Positions 25,995 through 39,900 of a stretch of 64,000 nucleotides of DNA are shown piece after piece. The stretch is from Pristiophorus japonicus (Eukaryota), in contig NC_091995.1 in assembly GCF_044704955.1 (NCBI RefSeq), forward strand, positions 17,670,001 to 17,734,000. Direction: 5' to 3'. Position numbers and translations under genes: made by a program. Position 1 is the stretch's first letter. Every line of letters starts with the position of its first letter. The notes below the pieces were generated by a model. It made no database searches, had not been told where the DNA came from, and saw nothing but the letters and a program-made list of their open reading frames with translations.

Positions 25995-27735
25995 AGAAAC
26001 ATAGAAACATAGAAAATAGGTGCAGGAGTAGGCCATTCGGCCCTTCGAGCCTGCACTGCCATTCAATGAGTTCATGGCTGAACATGCAACTTCAGTACCC
26101 CATTCCTGCTTTCTCACCATACCCCTTGATTCCCCTAGTAGTAAGGACTTCATCTAACTCCTTTTTGAATATATTTAGTGAATTGGCCTCAACAACTTTC
26201 TGTGGTAGAGAATTCCACAGGTTCACTACTCTCTGGGTGAAGAAATTCCTCCTCATCTCGGTCCTAAATGGCTTCCCCCTTATCCTTAGACTGTGTCCCC
26301 TGGTTCTGGACTTCCCCAACATTGGGAACATTCTTCCTGCATCTAACCTGTCTAACCCCGTCAGAATTTTAAACGTTTCTATGAGGTCCCCTCTCATTCT
26401 TCTGAACTCCAGTGAATACACGCCCAGTTGATCCAGTCTTTCTTGATAGGTCAATCCCGCCATCCCGGGAATCAGTCTGGTGAACCTTCGCTGCACGCCC
26501 TCAATAGCAAGAATGTCCTTCCTCAGGTTAGGAGACCAAAACTGTACACAGTACTCCAGGTGTGGACTCACCAAGGCCCTGTACAACTCTAACAACACCT
26601 CCCTGCCCCTGTACTCAAATCCCCTCGCTATGAAGGCCAACGTGCCATTTGCTTTCTTAACCGCCTGCTGTACCTGCATGCCAACCTTCAATGACTGACG
26701 TACCATGACACCCAGGTCTCTTTGCACCTCCCCTTTTCCTAATCTGTCACCATTCAGATAATAGTCTGTCTCTCTGTTTTTACCACCAAAGTGGATAACC
26801 TCACATTTATCCACATTATACTTCATCTGCCATGCATTTGCCCACTCACCTAACCTATCCAAGTCGCTCTGCAGCCTCATAGCATCCTCCTCGCAGCTCA
26901 CACTGCCACCCAACTTAGTGTCATCCGCAAATTTGGAGATACTCCATTTAATCCCCTCGTCTAAATCATTAATGTACAGTGTAAACAGCTGGGGCTCCAG
27001 CACACAACCTTGTGGTACCCCACTAGTCACTGCCTGCCATTCTGAAAAGTCCCCATTTACTCCTACTCTTTGCTTCCTGTCTGACAACCAGTTCTCAATC
27101 CATGTCAGCACACTACCCCCAATCCCATGTGCTTTAACTTTGCACATTAATCTCTTGTGTGGGACCTTGTCGAAAGCCTTCTGAAAGTCCAAATATACCA
27201 CATCAACTGGTTCTCCCTTGTCCACTCTACTGGAAACATCCTCAAAAAATTCCAGAAGATTTGTCAAGCATGATTTCCCTTTCACAAATCCATGCTGACT
27301 TGGACCTATCATATCACCTCTTTCTAAATGCACTGCTATGACATCCTTAATAATTGATTGCATCATTTTACCCACTACCGATGTCAAGCTGACCGGTCTG
27401 TAATTCCCTGTTTTCTCTCTCCCTCCTTTTTTAAAAAGTGGGGTTACATTGGCTACCCTCCACGCCATAGGAACTGATCCAGAATCAATGGAATGTTGGA
27501 AAATGACTGTCAATGCATCCACTATTTCCAAGGCCACCTCCTTAAGTACTCTGGGATGCAGTCCATCAGGCCCTGGGGATTTATCGGCCTTCAATCCCAT
27601 CAATTTCCTCAACACAATTTCCCGACTAATAAGGATTTCCCTCAGTTCCTCCTCCTTACTAGACCCTCCGACCCCTTTTATATCCGGAAGGTTGTTTGTG
27701 TCCTCCTCAGTGAATACCGAACCAAAGTACTTGAG
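25995..27735 (-). mobile_element. Young 5'-truncated CR1 LINE with uninterrupted RT frame
   Basis: ORF 26092-27771 (559 aa) with NYRPVSLTS, QHGF, DFQKAFDKV, GVPQG and FADDTK; intact 3' UTR and tail. Confidence 0.95.
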
Positions 27736-28615
27736 AGTGTTGTTCCTCCCGCCGAGTTTTCCTGAATTCACTAGACCCTGGAGATAAATGCGGCGCCGAG
27801 CATGAACGATAAAATGGCCCTCTCATATATATGGGATGCTTAAAATAAAACGAACATGTAGATATTAGATTGCCGAATCTGGGTGGTCAACGTGATTGTG
27901 TCGTGGAGTCATCTTTGCATTTAGATGGAGCGCAATGTGCTAATTTCTATTTACACACACAACTATATCTGCCTCTACGTCCATTTACAAGATGACAGTG
28001 AAATGTAACTTATCATAGATGCGTTGACCTGTTTATTCCTAACTTTGGCACGCTTCAATTTCAAAGCTCACGTGTAGCTGTCGTTAAGGGGCAGCAGTCT
28101 TCACCTTGCATACTGTAACTGGGTTAACGACTTTTCCACAGTCCTACCTAAAATGATACACAACTGAATTTAGTTATTATCCTCCATCTATTTATTCTGA
28201 AAAAAATCATTCTCAGGATACAGGTGTCGCAGGGAAGACCTGCATTTATTGCTCATCGTTAATTACGCATCAGAAGGTGATGATGGGCCTTCTTCTTGAA
28301 CCGCTGCAGTCCTTGAGGTGAATGTGCAACCACGGCGCTGTTAGGAAGGGAGTTCCAGTGTTTTGAAAGGAACAGCTATGTAAGACCCTGTCAGGTTCGT
28401 GTGTGACTTGGAGCGGAACATGGAGCTGGTGGTGCTCCCGTGTACCTACTGCCTTTATCCTTCTAGGTGCTGGAGTTCGTGGGTTTGGGAGTTCCAATTG
28501 ATGTAGTGGATAATGTATGTATACCAGCAATATTACTCCCTAGATAGATCCCATATGATTTTGCGCAATTTCATGGGTAAGAGTATCTCCATCAATCCAA
28601 ACTTACCTTCTTCAC

Positions 28616-28957
28616 CACGTTTCACGACCAGTGTTGTGCCGGTTCCGTATGCAGCACTGATTCACGTGAGCTCCACTTTGCAAATATAGAAACCTGTATC
28701 TCGCGGGACCATTTGGATTATTTGAATGGATGCGTTTTCCCTCTGGCAGAAATCCTCTTTGCCTGCCCGGAAAACCCTGCCTCTGTATTCGCCTGTACTG
28801 TTGGAAACTTCAATTCGATGTTTGGCGCCTCGGTGCCATTTGTCGCCGTCGATTCGTTCGTGACCCTCATATGTGCAGACCAGGTCCGCTGTCTGTCCCA
28901 CGGTTTTGGTGAGAGATTGCGGGCTCTGAAATACTGTGATGTTTCCACCAGTAAATG
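28616..28957 (-). pseudogene. NCR3-like V pseudo-exon of the inhibitory-type gene
   Basis: 342 bp, colinear with the intact copy. Acceptor AG is changed to AA (ttgcaa|cattt). In-frame TGA (Gly codon GGA>TGA) at 28662-28664 in CKVELT*ISAAYGTGTTLVV. An alternative donor exists at 28607 (GAAG|gtaagt). Confidence 0.85.
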
Positions 28958-29032
28958 TTGCAAGTGGGCAAAACAGAAAATTTATAAATAAGCAGAGTAC
29001 GGTGGCAATATGTACTTCAGGGAGCAACATAC

Positions 29033-29094
29033 ATTGTGCTCTCCAGGACCAGACACAATAAAGCTAGTTACCCGAGAGCCGATCGGTCTCTCAT
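29033..29094 (-). pseudogene. Degenerate leader-like exon upstream of the 28.6-kb V exon
   Basis: MRDRSALG*LALLCLVLEST followed by gtatgt, then a 75-bp intron to the V exon. It contains an in-frame stop, and its phase (2) does not match the V exon (1). A paralog at about 35781-35843 also has a lost ATG and a stop. Confidence 0.45.
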
Positions 29095-29126
29095 GTTTAG
29101 CCTGTAATCTCTATCTCTTTCAGTCT

Positions 29127-29136
29127 CACTTCCTCT
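29127..29136 (-). promoter_or_regulatory. PU.1/ETS-type motif upstream of leader
   Basis: AGAGGAAGTG on the minus strand, about 35 bp upstream of the leader ATG. A CCAAT box is nearby (ATTGG at about 29163). The motif is mutated in the paralog at about 35878. Confidence 0.3.
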
Positions 29137-31167
29137 CTCACACATACGTACGCACAGGTACGATTGGAACCCATTTATCTCTGTGCGTTTTATGCATAAT
29201 GCGCTCCTATTTTCCCATTCCTAACCATCACTTCTTGATTTACCTTTTCTTCCCTCCCACTATTCCCAGCCTTGATGCTGTCCTGCGCCATGGCCATTGG
29301 CCCATTCACCTAAATGGCTCAATTCAAAATAGGCAACCTCGAAAGCGTCAGCTTCGTTATGGTGACCACCCACCCCCACCTTAACTGCGGGATTGATTAT
29401 ATTACCGGGACAAGATTCATTACCACGGCGCTTAGATTTTAAGATGACTAATCTCTTGGCCGTGAGAATGTCCGCAGGAACCTGATGTTTTTCTTTTAAA
29501 TTGCAGGCGAGCTGATCATGAATATAGAATTGGTTGAATTTACAATCTGGTATCGAGAACCGCAAATAGGTGCTAGCAGTATGCGATTGGACCAGGTTCG
29601 CAGATGAGCTGGTGTACACATACATAAGAAAAAAAAGGGAGAACATCGCTTTGCGTAATTAATAACGTATTCAGTCATGCAAAATTTCATTAAGTCATTA
29701 TGAAATCAATGGACATGATAATCACTCGCTTTCAGTAATGGCGGCCACACCGCCGTGCCAGTTTTACGCCCAGCCGGCAAGTTGATAATCTTCCCAATAT
29801 GGACCCGATGTGTTAGAAATCTGCATGACTGAATTCGTTATTAATTACGCATAGCGATGTTGTCCCTTTTTTTCTTATGTATGTGTACACCAGCTCATCT
29901 GCGAACCTGGTCCAATCGCATACTGCTAGCACCTATTTGCGGTTCTCGATACCAGATGGTAAATTCAACCAATTCTATATTGCTTACTGGAGAACATAGT
30001 GATTACCCAGATAACTACAGCCCAACGCATTCTCACTATAGACGGTGGAATGATTTCAGAAAAGAAATTCAAGTATTGTACAGAGTGGAATATTTGAGTA
30101 ATGCGCAGTGGGAGAGTGAAGCCGGGTTTGTGTCCAGATGTGAGGTCATGGAAATAAAAATGAACTGCATGCTGTATGTACAACTGCAGTTATCTCTCGC
30201 ACATTGTTCTCACTCTCTCGCACCTGCACACTCGCAATCTCTCAAGGACAATTTGCAGAAGACACACACAGGTGGCATAGAGTCTTGGCTTCACCTGTTC
30301 CTTGGGTATGTAATTGGTTATGGGATCGGATGCAGAAATATGTTTTTTCACTGGAAGAAAAAACAGTGGTATTTATATAAAGCATTTCATGACCACCGGA
30401 AGTCTCAAGGCGCTTAGCAGCCAATTAAGTAATTTTGAAGTGTAGTCACTGAAGTAATTTGGGAAACGTGGTCGCCAATTTGCGCATAGCAAGCTCCCAC
30501 AAACAGCAATGTGATAATCACCAGATAATCTGTTTTTGGTATGTTGATTGAGGGATAATTATTGGACAGGACACTGGGGATAACGCCCCTGATCTTCGAA
30601 ATAGTGTCACGGGAACTTTTATGCCCACCTGAGAGAAAAGACGAGGTCTCGGTTTTAAATCTCATCCGAAAGACAGCACCTGCGGCAGTACAGCACCCCC
30701 CTCAGCACTGCTATAATCCTACATAAAATTATACAGAACTGAATATAATTAATAACCTGCATCTATTTATTGTAAAAGAAAATCATTATCAGGATATGGG
30801 TGTCGCTGGGGGACTTGCATTGATTGCCCATCCTTAATTGACGTTGAAAAGGTGGTGATGGGCCTTCTTCTTAAACCGCTGCAGTTGTGATGTGAAGGTT
30901 TTCCCACAGCGTTGTTAGGAAGGTACCTCCAGGGTTTTGAAAGGAACAGCAATACAAGTCCAAATCAGGCTGGCGTGTAACTTGGAAGGGAACATGGAGA
31001 TGGCGATGGCGCCTTCATGCACCTGCTACCCTTCTCCTTCTAGGTGGTGCAGATCGAGGGTTTTGGAATTCCAGTTGACTAAAATTACTCTCTCGAAAAA
31101 TCCCATATGATTGCATGCAATTACATTGCTAAGAATATATCCATCAATCCAAACTTACTTTATTCAC

Positions 31168-31486
31168 CACGACTCACGGTCAGTGTTGTCCCGGTTCCGA
31201 CTGCAGCACCGGTTCCCACAAGCTCCACTTGGCAAAAATAGGACCCTGTAACTTCCGGTTTCAGCTGGATTATTCTAATGGACGCGTTTTTCCTAGGTGG
31301 AAAGCCTCTCTACTTGCCCTGATCAGCCTGCCTCACTATTCGGCTGTACTGTTGGAAACTTCAATTCCCTGTTTGGAGCATCGATGCCATTGGTAGCTGC
31401 CGTTTCGTGCTAAACTCTCATATGTGCAGACCAGGTCCGCTGTCTCTCCCACGGTTTTGGCGAGAGATTGCGAGCTCTGAAATACT
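31168..31486 (-). pseudogene. NCR3-like V pseudo-exon
   Basis: Reads FQSSQSLAKTVGETADLVC...W...EVSNSTAE, then TAG TGA. A 1-bp deletion precedes KNASIRII. Ends SYFCQVELVGTGAAVGTGTTLTV. The 5' end and acceptor are partly deleted. Confidence 0.85.
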
Positions 31487-31889
31487 AATGCAAGTGGGTA
31501 AAATAGACCCTTTATAAATAGGCAGTGCACGTCTTTGCTTCAAAACACGCCGTGGAAGGGCTGGTTTTTATCAAATATTGTTCTGAGGATTTTTGATAAG
31601 GTATTGATGATCTTTAATTGAGTCTATAAAACACAAAATGCTGGAAATACTCAGCAGCTAGGGCAGCATGAATGGAGAGAGCGTAACAGAGTTAAACTTT
31701 GGAGATCGATGACATTTTACCAGACCTGGAAAACGGTAGAGATGTGTCCGTTTTTAAGCAAGTGCAGTGTCAGGGAAAGAGGGGAGGGGAGGAAAGAACA
31801 AAAGGGAAGGTCTGTGCTAGGCTGGAAGGCTGGAGAGATTAAATCACAAAAGGTATGATGGTGCAAGGCATAAGGAGATGGTAATATAA

Positions 31890-34770
31890 GAATTAGGAAC
31901 AGGAGTAGGCCATCAAGCCCCTCGAGCCTGCTCCTACACACAACAAGATGTTGGCTGATCTGGCCATGGACTCAGCTCCACTGACACACCCGCTCCCCAT
32001 AACCCTTAATTCCCTTATTGGTTAAAAATCTATTATCAGTGATTTGAATACATTCAATGAGCTAGCCTCAACTGCTTCCCTGGGCAGAGAATTCCACAGA
32101 TTCACAACCCTCTGGGAGAAGAAATTCCTTCTCAACTCGGTTTTAAATTGGCTCCCCCGTATTTTGAGGCTGTGTCCCCGACCAGTGGAAACAACCTCTC
32201 AGCCTCTATCTTGTCTATCCCTTTCATTATTTTAAATGTTTCTATAAGATCACCCCTCATCCTTCTGAACTCCAACGGGTAAAGACCTAGTCTACTCAAT
32301 CTATCATCATAAGGTAACCACCTCATCTCCGGAATCAGCCTCGTGAATCGTCTCTGTACCCCCTCCAAAGCTAGTATATCCTTCCTTAAGTAAGGTAACC
32401 AAAACTGCATGCAGTACTCCAGGTGCGGCCTCACCTATACCCTGTACAGTTGCAGCAGGACCTACCAGCTTTTGTACTCCATCCCTCTTGCAATGAAGGC
32501 CAACATTCCATTCGCCTTCCTGATTACCTGATGCAGCTGCAAACTAATTTTTTGGGATTCATGCACAAGGACCCCCAGGTCCCTCTGCATCGCAGCATGT
32601 TGTTATTTCTCCCCATTCAAATAATAATCCCTTTTACTGTTTTTTTTTTCCGAGGCGGATGACCTCACATTTTCCAACATTGTATTCCACCTGCCAAACC
32701 TTAGCCCATTCGCTTAACCTGTCTACATCTCTTTGCAGCCTCTGTGTCCTCTACACAACCCGCTTTCCCACTAATCTTTGTCATCTGCAAATGTTGTTAC
32801 ACTACACTCTGTCCCCTCTTCCAGGTCATCTATGTATATTGTAAACAGTTGTAGTCCCAGCACCGATCACTGTGGCACACCACTAACCACCGATTTCCAA
32901 CCCGAAAAGGACCCATTTATCCCGACTCTCTGCTTTCTGTTAGCCAGACAATTCTCTATCCATGCTAATACATTTCCTCTGACTCCGCGTACCTTTATCT
33001 TCTGCAGTAACCTTTTGTGTGGCACCTTATCGAATGCCTTTTGGAAATCTAAATACACCACATCCCTCGGTACACCTCTATCCACCATGCTCGTTATATC
33101 CTCAAAGAATTCCTGTAAATTAGTTTAACATGATTTCCCCTTCATGAATCCATGTTGCGTCTGCTTGATTGCACTATTCCTATCTTGATGTCCCGCTATT
33201 TCTTCCTTAATGATAGCTTCAAGCATTTTCCCCACTACAGATGTTAAACTAACTGGCCTATAGTTACCTGCCTTTTGTCTGCCCCCTTTTTTAAACAGTG
33301 GCGTTACATTAGCTGCTTTCCAATCCGATGGTACCTCCCCAGAGTCCAGAGAATTTTGGTAGATTATAACGAATGTATCTGCTATAACTTCCGCCATCTC
33401 ATTTAATACCCTGGGATGCATTTCATCAGGACCAGGGGACTTGTCTACCTTGAGATCCATTAGCCTGTCCAGCACTACCCCTTTAGTGATAGTGATTGTC
33501 TCAAGGTCCTCCTTCCCACATTCCCATGACAAGCAATTTTTGCAATGGTTTTTGTGTCATCCACTGTGAAGACCGAAGCAAAATAATTGTTTAAGGTCTC
33601 AGCCATTAAATCCCCCTTCTCATCTTCTAAAGTACCAACATTTACTTTAGTCACTCTTTTCTGTTTTATATATCGGTAAAAGCTTTTACTATCTGTTTTT
33701 ATGTTTTGTGCAAGTTTACTTTCGTAATCTATCTTTCCTTTCTTTATTGCTTTCTTAGTCATTCTTTGCTCTCGTTTAAAATTTTCCCAATCTTCTAGTT
33801 TCCCACTAACCTTGGCCACCTTATACGCATCGGTTTTTAATTTGATACTCTCCTTTATTTCCTTGGTTATCCACGGCTGGTTATCACTTCTCTTACCGCC
33901 CTTCTTTTCACTGGAATATATTTTTGTTGAGCACTATGAAAGAGTTCCTTTAAAAGTCCTCCACTGTTCCTCAATTGTGCTACCGTTTAATCTGCGTTCC
34001 CAATCTACTTTAGCTAACTCTGCCCTCATCCCACTGCAGTTCCCTTTGTTCAAGCATAGTACGCTCGTTTGAGACACTACTTCCTCACCCTCAATCTGTA
34101 TTACAAATTCAACCATTCCGAGAGGATCTTTTACTAGAAGATCGTTCATTATTCCTGTCTCATTACACATGACCAGCTCTAAGATAGCTTGCTCCCTTGT
34201 AGGTTCTAAGAAACAATCCCGTATGCATTCTATGAATTCCTCCTCAAGGCTACACTGTGCGATTTGATTTGACCAATCGATATGTAGGTTAAAATCCCCC
34301 ATGATTGCTGCCGTTCCTTTTTTACATGCCTCCATTATTCCCTTGATTATTGTCCGCCCCATCATGAAGTTATTATTTGGGGGCCTTAAAACTACCCCCA
34401 CCAGTGACTTTTTCCCCTTACTATCTCTAATCTCCACCCACAATGATTCAAGATTTCGTTCATTCCAGCCAATATCGTTTTTCACAACTGCCCTGATATC
34501 ATCCTTTATTAACAGAGCTACCCCACCTCCTTTCCCTTCTTGTCAATCTTTCCGAATTGTCAGATACCCCTGTATGTTTAATTCCCAGTCTTGGCCACTC
34601 TGCAACCACGTTTCTGTAACGGTCACCAAATCATACCCATTTGTAATGATTTGTGCCGTCAACTCATTTACTTGGTTTTGAATGCTGCGTGCGTTTAGGT
34701 AAAATGTTTTAATACTAGTTTTTAAACCATGATTTTTAGTTTTGACCCCTCCTGCAGCCCCTTTATATTC
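31890..34770 (-). mobile_element. CR1 LINE (endonuclease + RT, disrupted)
   Basis: YLNARSI, VTETW, GDFN, KSPGPD, QHGF, DFQKAFDKV, RPHLEYC. Confidence 0.9.
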
Positions 34771-35014
34771 ATACATATTGTATGGGACAAGTAAAGAAAC
34801 AAAAGGTGTCTAGACGAGGTGCACGTGGTTAACGAGGGATATTGGAACTGGAACTGAAGCGTCTTTTGATTTTGGGTGCACTCCAAGTCAAGTATAGAAT
34901 GGATCTGGTACAAAGTACCTCTGCCCCTTTCTGAATAATAAGCATTAACTTTAATTTAAGTAATCCCGATTGCGCCAGCCTGATATAGATATGAAGATAA
35001 GAAGATAAGAATAG

Positions 35015-35615
35015 AAACATAGAAAATAGAAATTAGGTGCAGGAGCAGGCCATTCGGACTTTCGAGCCTTCACTGCCATTTAATAATATTATGGCTGATC
35101 ATTCAACCTCACTACCCCTTTCCTGCTTTCTCTCCATACCCCTTGATCCCTTTGGCCACAAGGGTCATATCTAACTCCCTTTTGAATATATCTAACGAGC
35201 TGGGACTGCTCTCAACAACTCTCTGTGGTAGAGAATTCCACAGGCTAACCACTCTCTGAGTGAAGAAGTTTCTACTCATCTCGGTCCTAAATTGCTTACC
35301 CCTTATTCTTAGACTGTGACCGCTGGTTCTGGGACAGGAGTAGGCTATTTGGCCGCTCGAGTCTGCTCCGCCATTCAATAAGATCATGGATGATAATCGA
35401 CCTCAACTCCACGTTGCTGCCCAATCTCCATATCCATTGATTCCTCATGATTCCAAAAATATATCGCTCTCATCCTTGAATTTAATCAGAGACCGAGCAT
35501 CAACCGCTCTCTGGGGTGGAGAATTCCAAAGATTCATGACCCTCCGAGAGCAGAAATTCCTCCTTATCTCCGTCTTAAATGTTCGGCCCCTTTTTTTGAA
35601 ACTATGTCCCTAGTT
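35015..35615 (-). mobile_element. Stacked CR1 3' ends
   Basis: Two successive 3' UTRs with RNFFTQRVVSLWNSLP-type coding ends. Confidence 0.8.
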
Positions 35616-36929
35616 CAAAATTACCCCCGAGTGAGTTATTTCCATTGCTTTCCCGATATCTTTGCTATATTTTACTTCAAGTATTTATCCATATTCCCTT
35701 TTGAAGGCTGCTATTGAATCTGTATCCACCAGCCTATCGGGCAGAGTATTGTAGAATATATACTTCAGAGAGCAAAATACATTATGCTGTCCTCGACCAG
35801 ACACAATAAAGCTACTTGCCCGAGAGCCAATCAATCTCTCACGCTTAGCCTGTAATCTTTCTCTATGTCTTTCAGTCTCGCTTTCTCTCTGACACACACG
35901 TACGCACACGTACGATTGGAACCAATTTATCTCTGTGTGTTTTATGCATAATGCTCTCCTCAACTCTCTTTTCCCAATTCTTATCATCACCTCTTGATTT
36001 ACCTTGTCTTCCCTCCCAATATTCCCAGCCTTGATGCATCCTGCGCCAAGGGCCATTGGCCTTTCACCTAAATGCCTCAATTCAAAATAAGCAACCTCGA
36101 AAGCGTTAGCTTCTCTATGGTGACGTCCCCCACCCCCCCCCCCCCCCCCCCCGCTTAACTGTGCGACTGATTATATTACCGGGACATGATTCATTATGCT
36201 GAGATTTTAAACTGGTCAATCTCCTGTCAGAGAATGTCCAGAAGAACCTGATGTTTTTTTTAATTGCTGGCGAGCTGATGATGCACATATAATTGGTGAA
36301 ATGTACAAGCTGGTATCGAGAACCGCAAATATCTGATAGCAGAATAAGATTGGATCAGGTTCACAGATGAGCTAGTCTACACATACATAAGAAAAAAAGG
36401 GAGGACATCGCTGTGGGTAATTAATAACGAAGTAAGTCATGCAATATTTCATTCAAGTCATCATGAAATCAATGAAATTCGTAATCACTCCCTTTTAATA
36501 ACGGGCGGCCACACCTCAGCGCCAGTTTTACATCCAGGCGGCATGTTGACAATCTCCCCTCTATATTTACATGGACCTTATGTTTCAGAAGTTGATATTT
36601 CAACGCTGCTTAACGTGGAACATAGTGATTGCATAGGTACCTACAGCCCAATTCTTTCTCCCTGTAGTCTGTGGAATAATTTCAGAAAATAAATTCAGGT
36701 GCTGCAGAGAGAGGAATATTTGAGTAATGCGCAGTGGGTGAGTGAAGCCGAATTAGTGTCCGGATGTGGGATAATGGAAATAAAAATGAACTGCATACTG
36801 TGTGTACAACTGAAGTTGTCTCTCGAACGGTGACGATCTTTTACGTCCACCTGAGAGAGCAGACAAAGTCTCGGTTTTAAATCTCATCCGAAAGACGATT
36901 CCTCCGACAGTACAGCACTCCCTTCAGCA

Positions 36930-39900
36930 CGTGCTGATGAATATAAGAATAGACGGATAGAGAGGATGACCACATGGCTGGAGAGTTGGTGTAGGAGGGA
37001 GGGCTTTAAATTTTTGAGGCATTGGGACCGCTTCTGGGGGAGATGTCACCTGTATGAGGGTTGCACCTCAACAGAGCCGGGACCAATATACTCGCGGGGA
37101 GTTTTGCTAGTGCTGTTGGGAAGAGTTTAAACTAGCTTGGCAGGGGGATGGGAACCTGAGAACATATTCAAAAGGGAAAGAAGTAAAGCAGAAATTGGAT
37201 AGCAAGAATCTAGAAAGCGAATCTGTAAGACAGAGGAAACAGTGATGAGTAATAATAATCAAGGAGGTCTTTCTGTGCTGCAGGTTATATACTTTAATGC
37301 AAGGAGTATAGCAAATAAGGCGGATGAGCTTAGAGCGCAGGTAGACACTTGGGTGTATGACATTATAGCCATTACAGAAACATGGCTGAATGATGGGCAG
37401 GTTTGGCAGATCAATATTCCTGGCTGCAGCATTTTTAGACAAGATAGATACGGGGGTAAAAAGGTGAGGCGGCGATCATAGAACTGGTTAAAGAAACTAT
37501 TACAGCGGTGAGGAAGGATGATATGTTCGGGGGATCATCAAATGAGGCATATGGGTCGAATTGAAAAATAAAAAAGGAGCAATTACACTGCTGGGCTTTT
37601 ATTATAGACCCCCAAACGGTGCGAGGAAGTTAGAGGAGCAAAAATGTTACAAATTGCTGTGAAGTCCAAAAATCATAGGGTAATAATAGTAGGGGATTTT
37701 TACTATCCAAATATTGATTGGGACAAATTTAGTGTGAAGTGTACAGAGGGTGCAGAATTCTGAACTTTTTTCATCAGTATATAGCAAGCCCAAAACGAGA
37801 GGAGGCGGTATTGGATTTAGTTTTGGGGAATGAAGCTCAGCAGGTTGAAGGGGTATTACTGGGAGAGCACGTTGGTGCCAGTGACAATAATTCAAGTTAG
37901 TTATGGATAAGGACAAGAATAAGCCTGGAATAAAAGTTCCAAAATGGGCAATAGCTAATTTTGCTAAGTTAAGGTGTGATTTGGCCATAGTGGCCTGGAA
38001 ACAGCTACTTGTGGGTAAATCAGTGTCTGAACAGTGGGAGGCATATAAGGAGGAGATCCGGAAGGCTCAGTCCAAACAAGTGCGCTTAAAGAAAAAGTCT
38101 GGGAAAAATAATTCTAGAGCCCCTTGGATGTCTAGGGGAGGATTAAGAAAAAAAATGGGACGCTTAAGTCATATGCCAACGGCTAAATATTATAGAATCT
38201 TTAGAAGAATATAAAAAGTTAAGAGGCAAAATTAAAAAGGATATTAGGATTGCTAAGAGAAAGCATGAGGAATTCTTGGCCAGTAAAATTAAGGAAAGCC
38301 CAAAGATGTTCTGTAAATATATTAAGAGTAAGAGGGCAACTAATTAAAGTGTAGGACCTATTAGAGACCATGAGGGTAATCTTTGTGTGGAGGCGAAAGA
38401 TGTTGGTAAGATTCTTAATGAATATTTTGCATCTGTTTTCACAAAGGAAAGCGGCAATGCAAATACTGATATCGAGGAGGAATGTGATATTCTGGATGAA
38501 ATAAATATAGTGAGGGAGGAAGTATTGAGGGGCTTAGCAGTAGATAAGTCCCCAGGACCGGATGAAATGCATCCTAGGCTGTTGAGCGAAGTAAAAGAGG
38601 AAATATCAGAGGCCTTGACCATCAATTTCCAGTCCACTTTGTATCTGGGCATAGTGCTGGAGGATTGGAGGACTGCTAATGTGATACCCTTGTTTAAGAA
38701 GGGAGAAAGGGATAGGCCGAGCAATTACAAGCCTGTTAGACTAAGCTCAGTGGTGGGAAAATTATTGGAAAAAATCCTGAAAGACAAGATAAATCTACAT
38801 TTGGAAAGGCAAGGATTAATTAGGGACAGTCAGCACGGATTTGTTAAGGAAAATCGTGTTTGACTAACCTGATTGAATTTTTTGAGGAGGTACCAATAAC
38901 GGTGATGAGTGTAGTGCATACGATGTAGTATATATGGACTTTAGGAAGGCTTTTGATAAGGTCCCACATGGTAGACTCGTCATGGAGGTTAAAACCCATG
39001 GGATTCAGGGCAAAGTGTCAAGTTGGATCCAAAATTGGCATAGAGGTAGGCAGCAAATAGTGATGGTTGATGGACGTTTTTGTGACTGGAAGCATGTTTG
39101 CAGTTGCATTCTGTAGGGCTCAGTACTGTGTCCCTTGCTTTTTGTGGTAGAAAGCAACGATTTAGATTTGAATATAGGGAGTACAATTAAGAAGTTTGCA
39201 GACGACACTAAAATTGGCGGTGTGGTTGATAATGAAGAGGAAAGTCATGGGCTGCAAGAGGATATCAATTTACTGGTCAGGTGGGCAGAGCAGTGGCAAA
39301 TGGAATTTAATTCAGAGAAGTGTGAGGTGATGCACTTTGGGAGGGCTAATAAGGAAAGGGTATACACATTAAGTGGTAGGCCACTTAATAGTGTAGATGA
39401 ACAAAGGGACCTTGGAGTAATTCTCTACGGATCCTGAAAGTATCAGGCCAGGTGGATAATATGGTTAAGAAGGCATACGGAATGCTTGACTTTATTGGCC
39501 GAGTCATAGGCGCAGGGAGGTTATGCTTGATTTGTATAAAACTTTGACGAGACCACAGCTGGAGTACTGCGCACAGTTCTCTTCACCATATTATAGGAAG
39601 GATGTGATTGCACTAGCGAGGGTGCAGAGGAGATTTGCCTGGAATGGAGAATCTTAGTTATGAGCAAAGATTGAATAGGCTGGGCATGTTCTCATTGGAA
39701 CAGTGGACGTTGAGAGGAGACCTTATTGAGGTGTACAAAATATTGAGAGGCCTGGACATAATGGATAGTAACAGTCTATTTCCATTGGTGGAGGGGTCTA
39801 CTTCGAGGGGACATAGTTGTAAGGTGGTTGGTGGAAGGTTTAGAAGGTAATTGATGGTGGGGGGGGGGGGTTTACGCAGAGGGTTGTGAGGTTCTGGAAC

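Noticed and set aside
26092-27771. 559-aa ORF as a host gene
   Set aside because: It is the 5'-truncated reverse transcriptase of a young CR1 LINE.
28662-28664. TGA read as selenocysteine or readthrough in the V exon
   Set aside because: It replaces a conserved Gly and the splice acceptor is also lost; an ordinary nonsense mutation is the simpler explanation.
29857-30417. 186-aa ORF
   Set aside because: It runs through the inverted duplication arm and into a SINE; not a plausible gene.
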